A stretch of DNA of 36,176 nucleotides from assembly GCA_964614375.1 (NCBI GenBank), contig CAZTLI010000002.1, positions 1 through 36,176 of the forward strand. Reading direction: 5' to 3'. Origin of the DNA: an uncultured Anaerolineaceae bacterium. GTDB lineage: Bacteria; Chloroflexota; Anaerolineae; Aggregatilineales; Phototrophicaceae. This document shows, one piece after another, positions 23,960 to 32,466 of the stretch. Within the stretch, counting starts at the first letter, position 1; every line of letters begins with the position of its first letter. Under the pieces are notes generated by a model that saw nothing but the letters and a program-made list of their open reading frames with translations, had not been told where the DNA came from and did not search any database. A program made the position numbers and the translations under genes.

Positions 23960-24171
23960 GAATGCGCGATAGCTATGTGGAGGCTATTGTCCGGGTGTCG
24001 GCGCGGGCAGATGGTCACAGACAGCGCCTTCAACAGTGACCGCGCTGGCATCGACCCAACCGATTCGATTGATTTCGGTTTATGTGTTCTACTCAGGTAG
24101 ACACACGCCAATCGAGAATCGTTCCGTTTTGCTGGTCAATCCTGATACGATGATACGCTATATGTAGAGTC

Positions 24172-24310
24172 TAGAATGTTTTTAAAATTATTTTGTTACC
24201 TTTTTTGCAAAAAAGGTAACGCCAAAAAACTTTATAAAGGGTCATTAGAATCTATTAAAAGTCTTTTTGGTTCTTTTTCTACAGAAAAAGAACATGACTT
24301 TTTATAATTT
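24172..24310. repeat. AT-rich island with two tandem modules about 74 bp apart, each carrying a long A/T hairpin
   Basis: Module 1 is TAGAAT (24172), then the perfect 26-bp palindrome GTTACCTTTTTTGCAAAAAAGGTAAC (24195-24220), then ACTTTATAA. Module 2 is TAGAAT (24246), then GTTCTTTTTC-taca-GAAAAAGAAC (24270-24293), then ACTTTTTATAA. By hand count 33 of the 140 bases in 24171-24310 are G or C. Confidence 0.6.
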
Positions 24311-24364
24311 CTTTTGAGAATTTACATATACTATGCCTATGTACGAGAAAAAAGGGGGCAGGCT

Positions 24365-24667
24365 ATGTCCGACACAATTGAACGCCTACACGCCAAAGTC
24401 AGAGGCCGGGTGCAGGGTGTCAGCTTCCGTTACTATACGACGCAGCAGGCGCGGTCATTAGGGCTGACCGGGTGGGTGATGAATCTGCCGGATGGTCAAA
24501 CGGTGGAAGTGACCGCCGAGGGCAGTCGCGAGGATTTGCTGTCTCTGCTCGATTGGTTGAACACCGGGCCAGGTGGTGCGCGTGTGGATAATCTGGATTC
24601 TGCATGGCAGACAGCGACGGGCGAATTCAGCGATTTCCGCACACGCTACAACCTCGAATACGATTAA
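24365..24667 (+). CDS. acyP: Acylphosphatase
   Basis: VRGRVQGVSFRYYTTQQARSLGLTGWVMNLPDGQTVEVTAEG is the acylphosphatase signature (V-x-G-x-V-Q-G-V-x-F-R; G-W-V-x-N). AGGGGG lies upstream of ATG 24365. The ORF-track start at 24314 lies in the AT-rich region. Confidence 0.9.
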   Translation: MSDTIERLHAKVRGRVQGVSFRYYTTQQARSLGLTGWVMNLPDGQTVEVTAEGSREDLLSLLDWLNTGPGGARVDNLDSAWQTATGEFSDFRTRYNLEYD

Positions 24668-24799
24668 CAGGCGCACGCATTCAAACACTTTTCTAGCACA
24701 TTTCTGATCTCCACGTCACATTTAGATAACATTTTGCATTTAATCTGAAGGGGAAGCTGGTTTCTCCCCCGTAACCAGTAACATTTCCCCTCCAAGGAA

Positions 24800-24833
24800 G
24801 CGGCTGTGGCTCCCCACACAGCCGCGCTTTTTT
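24800..24833 (+). terminator. Rho-independent terminator (plus-strand orientation; abuts the 3' end of the minus-strand YfhO-like gene)
   Basis: GCGGCTGTG (24800-24808), an 8-nt loop, CACAGCCGC (24817-24825), then GC and TTTTTT (24828-24833). On the minus strand only TTCCTT follows the hairpin. Confidence 0.75.
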
Positions 24834-24834
24834 A

Positions 24835-27468
24835 TTAACTGTGATTGTGCCGTTTGCGCCGCCACCGCCGCCACCATTTATCCACTTCGAGCAGATACAC
24901 TGTGATGATTCCTGCCGCAATCAGCGTGATAAACCCGCCAATAAACACCAGCGGCGGACGATAGGCGAAGATGACGACGTGTTCCTCTGTGCCGGGTGGA
25001 ATCTGCACACCAATCATGCCGCGCATATACCCAACACTCTCTAATTGCGCGGGTTCGCCATCCACCCACACTGCCCAACCGGGATAGGCGATTTCTTGCA
25101 CGGTGACGACCAGCGTAGAATCGGGGTCGGCCTGGACACGCATGGCGATGGTGTCCGGCAGACGACCATAATCGGCAATCGGCGTCGTCAGCGCGGCGGG
25201 TAGTGCTTCGACGGCTTCATTCAATGCGAAAAAAGGGATAGTGAAGGCATACGATAGCGGCGGTTCACGCAGTTCATACAGGCAGAAATTCTCGCCAATA
25301 CGTGGGCCATCCAGCACGGGTCTATACCCCCATTCGGTCAATATCTGCGGGTCTTCGGTGCGCCAGGCGACGGCAAAGCGCGGATGCAGTGTCGTCATGT
25401 CGATATGTCCGATGGTCGGCGGAATCGACAGCGGGAAATAATCGGCCTCGACATCATACAACCGCACATCGAATTCCTGAAAGGCCGTCACTAAATCATA
25501 ATTATGACGACGGGCAGTCAGGGCTTCATCGGGATACGTCTGCCGCAGCCAACCGACACAGGTTGACGTATACATCTCGATTTGACCGGGCAGGGCGTGC
25601 CATTCCCACGTCGCGGCAACAGTCCGTCCAGCAACGAAGGATAAGGCGGTCAATACCCCGACCACCGCCGCGCGCAAGCCCCATAAGACCCATTCATCGG
25701 CGATGAGCATCCGCCAATTGTGACGCAGTGTGAAGAGGACACGCCGCACGTCCGCGCCAAAGTCCGCAATAATTGCCCGCAGCAACCCATCGACACGCAT
25801 CGCGATGAGCACCGCTATCCAGAAGGACGCCACAGCCAATGCCCGCCCCACAAAGCGCCACTGCCCTAACAGCGGCACATGCTCATAGAGCCAGACAAAC
25901 ACCGGATTGCCACCCGCGCCCCATAGCGTGCAGATGATGACCATGAGGATGCCGACCCACCATATCCGCGATAATCCACGCAGTCCCGGACGATAGAGGA
26001 ACGGGTAAATGGGCGGAATGACCACAAACATCAACGCGGCATACCACAACGGCGTGACGAAACTATAGTAAAAGTGGAGCTTGCCCGCGCGCAAACCGCG
26101 AGTGGGTTCAAACACCTGCATCGTCAGGATGTTCATGCCGTCATCGTTAAAGTAGGCGTCGATGACCCGACCCATCGGTGCGATTGCGCCCGCTTCTTTT
26201 TCGTCCTCATGCCCGCCGAACATCTCTTGATGCAACCAGATAGGCAGCAGTGTCATGGCGCTCAACGCAATCGTGAACAATCCCGCCAGGATCAAGCGGC
26301 GTAGACCGATAAGATTCAGCCATTCGCCCGGACGCAGTTTGACCAGATGCGAGAGTGTCAGCAGGATGAGAGACAGCAGCAGCGGCAGCGTGTACCAGAT
26401 ATTGCCCGCGAAGAATAACAGCGCGAACATGATTCCGGTCAATGCCACTGCCCAACGCCGTCCACCACGCAGCACGACAATCGCGCCACCTGTCACCCAC
26501 GGTAAATAGGCCTGACTCACACCGAGTTGATAATAGCCTTCGCCAATCATGGCGGGCATGTTGCCTTTACCTAATATCAGCAGTCCCAAGAGCACGCGCC
26601 CAACACTGCCCAGCCCCAGCGCCCAACCTAAAAACCAGCCGCCCACGCCCGCGAACACGGCATAGACCATGACACTCAATTTGATGCCCGTCTGACCACC
26701 GTAGAGCAAACTCGGCCCCATGCTCAGAGGATTGAGCACAAATGTAAACGGGTTATCGATCAGCGGTTCGCCAAATTCCAGCCACGGCTGCCACAACGGG
26801 ATATAACCATAGTCGTGCAATGTATCAGCGGCGAGATAAGCCGAACTGGTCAACCATTCCGCTTCACGTCCGCGCAGATGGGTGAAATGATTGTTATAGC
26901 GGAAGCCTTCGGTCACATAAAGCGCGATGAAAATGACGATAGCCAGTTCAATCACTGCCAGCAGCATTGGCGGACGTTTTGGGAGCAAGAGAGTCGGACG
27001 TGGTGTGCGACGCCGTATGCCTCTATACGCCTGCCAGCGTGGAGACCACCATGCGCGAATAGGCTGCCGCTGCATATACAGCCCGGCTGTGAGTGCGCCG
27101 ACCACACTAAAGCTGAAAACCGCCGTCGCCCATTCATAGGGCAAGGCGATAATCACCAGCACCAAACCGATGAAGAACAGGCCAAAACTCGCCCAGCGTT
27201 GCAGCGAATAGGTCGGTTGATTATCCTGAACCGGCTCTATTGGTTGTAAGTCATCCAGTGACGGCGGGGCATCGACGGCGGGCATTTCGGCAGTGTCGTC
27301 TTCCGGGATGGGTTTGGGTTGCGGTGCAGGGGGTGGCGGCGTGACAGTTTGCGCTATGGGCGGGTCGCTGCGACGGCGCATCCGCCGGACTGTAAAAATG
27401 ACCGCCGCGCTCACTGCGACCAGTCCAGCCAGCCAGCGTGTACGTGATGGAGGTTGATTGTCTGTCAT
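24835..27468 (-). CDS. YfhO-like GT-C-type polytopic membrane protein (putative extracytoplasmic glycosyltransferase)
   Basis: 877 aa with a Pro-rich N-terminal tail and many TM segments. The C-terminal block IAYPGWAVWVDGEPAQL..GTEEHVVIFAYRPP plus a terminal TM resembles the YfhO family C-terminus, from memory. ATGA overlap with the upstream gene (27465-27468). Confidence 0.7.
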   Translation of the reverse strand: MTDNQPPSRTRWLAGLVAVSAAVIFTVRRMRRRSDPPIAQTVTPPPPAPQPKPIPEDDTAEMPAVDAPPSLDDLQPIEPVQDNQPTYSLQRWASFGLFFIGLVLVIIALPYEWATAVFSFSVVGALTAGLYMQRQPIRAWWSPRWQAYRGIRRRTPRPTLLLPKRPPMLLAVIELAIVIFIALYVTEGFRYNNHFTHLRGREAEWLTSSAYLAADTLHDYGYIPLWQPWLEFGEPLIDNPFTFVLNPLSMGPSLLYGGQTGIKLSVMVYAVFAGVGGWFLGWALGLGSVGRVLLGLLILGKGNMPAMIGEGYYQLGVSQAYLPWVTGGAIVVLRGGRRWAVALTGIMFALLFFAGNIWYTLPLLLSLILLTLSHLVKLRPGEWLNLIGLRRLILAGLFTIALSAMTLLPIWLHQEMFGGHEDEKEAGAIAPMGRVIDAYFNDDGMNILTMQVFEPTRGLRAGKLHFYYSFVTPLWYAALMFVVIPPIYPFLYRPGLRGLSRIWWVGILMVIICTLWGAGGNPVFVWLYEHVPLLGQWRFVGRALAVASFWIAVLIAMRVDGLLRAIIADFGADVRRVLFTLRHNWRMLIADEWVLWGLRAAVVGVLTALSFVAGRTVAATWEWHALPGQIEMYTSTCVGWLRQTYPDEALTARRHNYDLVTAFQEFDVRLYDVEADYFPLSIPPTIGHIDMTTLHPRFAVAWRTEDPQILTEWGYRPVLDGPRIGENFCLYELREPPLSYAFTIPFFALNEAVEALPAALTTPIADYGRLPDTIAMRVQADPDSTLVVTVQEIAYPGWAVWVDGEPAQLESVGYMRGMIGVQIPPGTEEHVVIFAYRPPLVFIGGFITLIAAGIITVYLLEVDKWWRRWRRKRHNHS

Positions 27469-29564
27469 GGCTGCCGATAACGATTATTGACCCGTGCCGC
27501 GAAATACATCACAAATTGTCGATCCGAGGGCAAATTGTACGGGCTTAACGCCGGACGCGCCAGCGTAAAATATTGACTGATGAGGCTGAAGGTCTCGGTA
27601 TCGTCGGGTTCGATGAAAAAAGCGTGATTGACCGTGTTGGATAGGGTACGGACATAATCCGGTGTCAGGTCACCGGGAAACAGATGCACAATTCGTATGT
27701 CGTCACGTCTGAAATAGCGCAGCACCGTTTCTACATCAAACTGCCAGATTATCGTGCGTCCGATGAGGTGAACATCCGTATTTGGCGGGAGTTGCACCGC
27801 GCGTAATAGGGCGTCATCGCCATCGCGGAAGTATTGTCCCTGCTCATCGGTCAGATGAAAATGCGCGTCGAAGTTGGGCAGCAGATCACCGAAATAATAG
27901 ACCGTCTGATACCCCATCGCGCCCACAACCAGCACAACCACCAGCCCGCGCGCCGAACGCGATAGACCATTATGCAGCGATGACGCCCCCGATGGCAGCA
28001 CAATCGCCAGGGTATAACGAATGCCGAGCGCAATCGTCAGCACCAGTGCCGGATAGACGACCAGATAACGTGGCGCGGAGAGACTGTCGCTAATCAAGCT
28101 GTTGCCCAGCGCCGCGCCCAGCAGCCACAACGCCAGCAATCCGCCGCGTGGTGTGAACAACCATGCGCCTGCCACACCGACGCCCAACAAAAACAGCGGC
28201 ACAATAGCAGGTAACACGAATCCGCCACCCCGCCCACTGGCATAAAACCAGCTATAGTCCGGTATCTGGATGTAACCCAGCAGTGGCACGGCGATTTGTT
28301 CCAGCACCGTTGTCACCGGATTTGCGCCATTCGCCAGTAAACGTTCCCAATCGGCGGCGCTGCGTCCCATTGCCGAAAAGCGCGTGGTCGTATCTTCGGA
28401 TCGTGCTGCGAGCGTATAATAAAAGGGTACAGCGACGATGACGAACACCGCCAGCATAATGACAATCTGCCGCCGCACCACCGGACTCCAGCGCACTGTC
28501 CCGCGCAGCCTGCCGACAATGACCGTCCACACCGTCCAGCCAATCACCAGCGCCGGGAAGAACAGGCGGCCACCTTCATAGAAATACTGCGTCAATCCCA
28601 GAAACACGCCCGCAATCGCAAAATCGCTCTGCCGCCCCCGCTTAAAGCCGCGCGCCACATACACCAGCGCCATAATCCCAACAAACGGATCGGCGACGTT
28701 GTTGATTCCGATTCGGCTGAAATGGACGTGCGGCGGGAAGGTCGCCAAGAGCGCCGCTGCAATGAGGGCGGTCTTATGGTCAAATACTTCGTCCGCCAGT
28801 CGATACAGCGCCCACACCGTCGCCACACCAAAAAACACGCTGATAATCCGCAGCGCGCTTAAGCTCGGCCCCATCAAACTAGCCGACCAGTATTGCAAAT
28901 AGCTAAACATCCAGGTGAAGGCCGTCACCTCACTAAACGGACTCAAGAGGTGGACATTGCCCTCACGCCACATATCGGTCACCGCGCGGGCATAGTGCAT
29001 TTCGTCGATGAAACGGTGTGTGCCGCCTGTTTCCAGATTGACCACGCGCACGATAAACGCCAGCAGCAGAATGCCGACCAGCAGCCAGCTTGACCGTTTT
29101 GTTTGACCTGAACGCGACTTGCCTCTAACGCGCTGTACCCCGCCACCTGCAAAGCCCGATGTCACCAGCGCAATTCCGCCGATGAAGAGTAGGAATTGCA
29201 GATGGAATGACAGATTCCACAACCAATTAAACACCACACTGCGGGCATTCTCTCCCGTGAGGCCATTGGATTGCGCCAACACACACAGCAGGACTCCACC
29301 TAACGCGACCCGGCGCCAATTGATGGGAATATGGGTATGGTCAATCGGGGTATACAGCGGCGCGACACGGGCACGCTGCACGGTGAAAATCAGCAAAGCC
29401 GCGCCCATCAGCAATGCCAATAAGCCCACTAGACGGTCTTCATTGCCGGGGCGGAAATAATAGGCGCTGATGCTCATCGCCACGACTGCGAGAATCGTTA
29501 GCAATCGTACCGGAAGCGAAATTCGGTGACGTGGTTCACGGGGCGCATTGTCGGTCAACATCAA
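27465..29564 (-). CDS. GT39/GT83-like (PMT/ArnT-type) GT-C glycosyltransferase, paralog 1
   Basis: Polytopic protein with the first-loop acidic motif HRFIDEMHYARAV, plus FPPHVHFSRIGINNVADPFVG and LGLTQYFYEGGRLFFP. Soluble C-terminal domain of about 170 aa (..HAFFIEPDD..). ATGA overlap at 29561-29564. Confidence 0.8.
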   Translation of the reverse strand: MMLTDNAPREPRHRISLPVRLLTILAVVAMSISAYYFRPGNEDRLVGLLALLMGAALLIFTVQRARVAPLYTPIDHTHIPINWRRVALGGVLLCVLAQSNGLTGENARSVVFNWLWNLSFHLQFLLFIGGIALVTSGFAGGGVQRVRGKSRSGQTKRSSWLLVGILLLAFIVRVVNLETGGTHRFIDEMHYARAVTDMWREGNVHLLSPFSEVTAFTWMFSYLQYWSASLMGPSLSALRIISVFFGVATVWALYRLADEVFDHKTALIAAALLATFPPHVHFSRIGINNVADPFVGIMALVYVARGFKRGRQSDFAIAGVFLGLTQYFYEGGRLFFPALVIGWTVWTVIVGRLRGTVRWSPVVRRQIVIMLAVFVIVAVPFYYTLAARSEDTTTRFSAMGRSAADWERLLANGANPVTTVLEQIAVPLLGYIQIPDYSWFYASGRGGGFVLPAIVPLFLLGVGVAGAWLFTPRGGLLALWLLGAALGNSLISDSLSAPRYLVVYPALVLTIALGIRYTLAIVLPSGASSLHNGLSRSARGLVVVLVVGAMGYQTVYYFGDLLPNFDAHFHLTDEQGQYFRDGDDALLRAVQLPPNTDVHLIGRTIIWQFDVETVLRYFRRDDIRIVHLFPGDLTPDYVRTLSNTVNHAFFIEPDDTETFSLISQYFTLARPALSPYNLPSDRQFVMYFAARVNNRYRQP

Positions 29565-31618
29565 TCATCCCCCTGAACCAGATTTTGACTATCGCTGGCG
29601 GCATAAATCATGATGAATTGGTCGTCATCCGGCACAACAGCGTGCGGACTATAAACCGGTGCTTCCAGATGAAACACACGGTCAATCAATTGATAGGTTG
29701 TGTGGTCTTGTGGGTCGATGAAAAAGGCGTAATCGACACCCGCCGGCAAATCACGCAGCCAGTCTTCGGTCAGGTCGATGTTCATGATCGTCGTCAACTG
29801 TTTATCCGGTGTGAGAAAGTGCAGGAATTCGCCCGCATAACCTAAATCGAAATAGTACGATGGTATCAGAATAACGTGTGTGCCTGCCGGGAGTTCCGCC
29901 GCGCGCAATACCGCATCATCGACATCCAACACCGGGCGCGCCGCCCGAAACTGCCAGTTGAAATAGCTCAAGTGGGGGCCGAAATAGTAAATTGCCTGTC
30001 CGACTGCCAGTATCGCCACCAATCCGACCAGCGCCGTGCGATAATTGACTCTACGGAACGCCAGTCTGATTGAATCCGTTGGGAATAGCAATGGCAGCCC
30101 ATAACGCACACCCGCCGCAGTCAGCACCATCAATATCGGCATCACGCCAAGATAACGGGTTGTCGCGGCGCTGTTGAGCATCAGCAGACCGTTGCCCAAT
30201 GATGTGCCAATCACCCACAAGACTAAAATGAACGCCGGACGACGCGGACGAAACAGTGTAAACGTCAGGCCTAGCAGGAAGAAGGGCACGACCATCGGCA
30301 AAATCAACGCCGTCTGACCGCCATAGAAAACCGATGTTTCTGGCATCCCGACATAGACGAGGAAGGCGCGCCGAACCTGGTCGAGTTGAATGCCGAGCCA
30401 GCCATCTTCCGCGCCCGATAGCAGGAATGTGCGCCAGTAATCGAGTCCCAACCCGGCATCGCCCATCCGTCCCGCCAGCGGCGCATCAATCACCAGCCAG
30501 GTGTAATACAGCGGGATGCTGGTAACCACCGCCACCAACAGCGACAGTCCCAATCCACGCCAGTGTATCAGCCGTCGCTGACCCGTCACGACCAACCAGC
30601 CGAGAATCAGCACGAGGAACAGCGGGAAAAACAGCCGTCCGCCTTCGTAAAAATATTGCGTCAGCCCCAGGCACACACCTGCCAATATGAATGGCATCCG
30701 TCCACCGCGCCGGAAGCCGTGCAGCAGCAGCCCAACCGCCGCCACACCAAACAGCGAATCGGCAATATTCAACAGTGCCAGACGACTAAAATGCAAATGA
30801 GGTGGGAACGTTGCCAGCAGCAATGCGGCAATCACCGCCGTCCGCCGATCAAACAGCGAACGCGCCAGCAGATAGGCCGCCGGAACAGCCAGCGCGCCGG
30901 TCACTGCACTTGCGCCGCGCAATCCCGCCAGCGTATTGCCCATGATTTCGACGGACAGATATTGTCCATAGGCGAAAAACCAGGGGAATGGCGATATGCC
31001 GGTCATAGGCCACAGCAATTTCACATCGGGGAACTGTTGTAAGGCCAATACTTCAGCCACAGTATTCAGTTCGTCGATCAGGCCGCGAATGGTCTCGCCC
31101 GCCGCAATAAGTCGCAGCACTAAGGCCAACAGCGTGATGCCAGCGACAATCCATACTTCGCGCCGTCGCAGCCAGGCAGTGGATAATCCACCGCCGACGC
31201 CCCACACGAACAGCAGCAAGCCTCCGGCAAAGGTCATAAACTGGAGGTGATACGAAATTTCCAGAGGCCAGCCCATGCCAAAATGCCAGCTCATGAAAGG
31301 CGGACGCTGCATTTGCATGAACAGGCATAGTAAAATCAAACCCGCGCTAAGTGCCAGCCAGTGGATAAGCCGCAGACCGGGTATGGGACGTGATTCAGCA
31401 GGCGAATCAGCCTCTAATAGGGAATCCCCACTCCGGCGCAAGGCCAGCCACAGCACCACGCCGCCCAGTGCCAGCAGTACCCATCCCCAGAATTCACCGA
31501 TGCGATGGGGCAGCGCAAATTCAAACGTCGCCAGAAGCAGGAGTCCACCGCCAATCCGCGCCTGTTGATGGGACGTGGTACTGTGGAGACGTTGGAAAGC
31601 CATTGCAATGAAGGTCAT
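29561..31618 (-). CDS. GT39/GT83-like (PMT/ArnT-type) GT-C glycosyltransferase, paralog 2
   Basis: Same architecture as paralog 1, with blocks RGLIDELNTVAEV, FPPHLHFSRLALLNIADSLFG and LGLTQYFYEGGRLFFP, and a C-terminal ..YAFFIDPQD.. Confidence 0.8.
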   Translation of the reverse strand: MTFIAMAFQRLHSTTSHQQARIGGGLLLLATFEFALPHRIGEFWGWVLLALGGVVLWLALRRSGDSLLEADSPAESRPIPGLRLIHWLALSAGLILLCLFMQMQRPPFMSWHFGMGWPLEISYHLQFMTFAGGLLLFVWGVGGGLSTAWLRRREVWIVAGITLLALVLRLIAAGETIRGLIDELNTVAEVLALQQFPDVKLLWPMTGISPFPWFFAYGQYLSVEIMGNTLAGLRGASAVTGALAVPAAYLLARSLFDRRTAVIAALLLATFPPHLHFSRLALLNIADSLFGVAAVGLLLHGFRRGGRMPFILAGVCLGLTQYFYEGGRLFFPLFLVLILGWLVVTGQRRLIHWRGLGLSLLVAVVTSIPLYYTWLVIDAPLAGRMGDAGLGLDYWRTFLLSGAEDGWLGIQLDQVRRAFLVYVGMPETSVFYGGQTALILPMVVPFFLLGLTFTLFRPRRPAFILVLWVIGTSLGNGLLMLNSAATTRYLGVMPILMVLTAAGVRYGLPLLFPTDSIRLAFRRVNYRTALVGLVAILAVGQAIYYFGPHLSYFNWQFRAARPVLDVDDAVLRAAELPAGTHVILIPSYYFDLGYAGEFLHFLTPDKQLTTIMNIDLTEDWLRDLPAGVDYAFFIDPQDHTTYQLIDRVFHLEAPVYSPHAVVPDDDQFIMIYAASDSQNLVQGDD

Positions 31619-31972
31619 GGGGCGCGTTCGGGATAAGCGTATGTGTAGATAGCGATTCCGTGTACAATGGAATTATAGTAGATTTTAGCACCCGAAAGGC
31701 TTAAATATTTGTATAGACCGGGTAAGGATTTGCTTATTCTTCTTTCAAAACAGTCATGCGTGATGCGGAAGAACAGTGATGAGGACTGAGCAAGCGCAAG
31801 TGCCCAATAGGGTATAGATCAACATAGCGTAGAAACCTTATCCTCTGTGCGCTTTGCGGTTCAATTATCTTTTAGTCAGCGGCGAGAGGCCAGCAGCCAT
31901 TTTCATCATTCGGATGGGGCGCTGCAAGCTGATGTGGCTAGCGCTTCTGTTAAATAGTTCTGGAGACTTTGT

Positions 31973-32452
31973 ATGGCAAAACAAAATTTAGAGCAGCGAC
32001 TTCTAGGCGAATCGGTGCGGGTACTCGATTTGACCGAATTTTGCTTGGTGACAGAAGATACAACTGTCGAAGAAACGATTAATCGGATGCGCGAAACGGG
32101 TGAAAATTGTGCGCTCGTCGTCGGGCAGCGGACGCGCCTCGTCGGGATTCTGACAGACCGCGATGTGCTGCGTAAAGTGGCGGGCAAACCGGAAATGTGG
32201 GAAAAACCGGTCACAGAAGTCATGACCGCCAATCCACAATCCCTGACCCAATCGGCAACCACAGGCGACGCGCTGCGACTGATGGAAAAAGGCGGTTTTC
32301 GCAATGTGCCGATTGTGCATGAAAATGGCGCGATTGTGGGCAATGTCACCCATTTTGGTGTGCTGCGTTTCCTCACCGATTACTTCGCACAGGCGGTTTA
32401 TAATCGCCCGCCCGACCCGGAAAATTATGCTGACCAGCGCGACGGCGGTTAA
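31973..32452 (+). CDS. CBS-domain pair protein
   Basis: Two CBS repeats (VTEDTTVEETINRMRETGENCALVV..LVGILTDRDVLRKV and ANPQSLTQSATTGDALRLMEKGGFRNVPIV..IVGNVTHFGVLRFL). GGAGA lies upstream of the ATG. Confidence 0.85.
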   Translation: MAKQNLEQRLLGESVRVLDLTEFCLVTEDTTVEETINRMRETGENCALVVGQRTRLVGILTDRDVLRKVAGKPEMWEKPVTEVMTANPQSLTQSATTGDALRLMEKGGFRNVPIVHENGAIVGNVTHFGVLRFLTDYFAQAVYNRPPDPENYADQRDGG

Positions 32453-32466
32453 CAGGCCAAAATCGG

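Noticed and set aside
23917-24111. 64-aa minus-strand ORF as a real small protein
   Set aside because: It has a TTG start, no SD and an Arg/His/Cys/Pro-rich composition, and it ends inside a terminator hairpin. I kept the region only as a possible non-coding transcript (see findings).
24693-24920. 75-aa minus-strand ORF spanning the acyP-YfhO intergenic region
   Set aside because: It overlaps the 3' end of the YfhO-like gene and the terminator hairpin. It contains a GGGGG run and has no SD, so it is probably a spurious frame.
31836-31860. tRNA-like T-loop string (gcggttcaatt) and, more generally, tRNA, rRNA, tmRNA or RNase P genes in intergenic regions
   Set aside because: There is no complementary T-stem or acceptor stem around it. 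I saw no GGTTCGAATCC-type T-arm with a cloverleaf context anywhere in the window. A tRNAscan/Infernal run would be needed for certainty.
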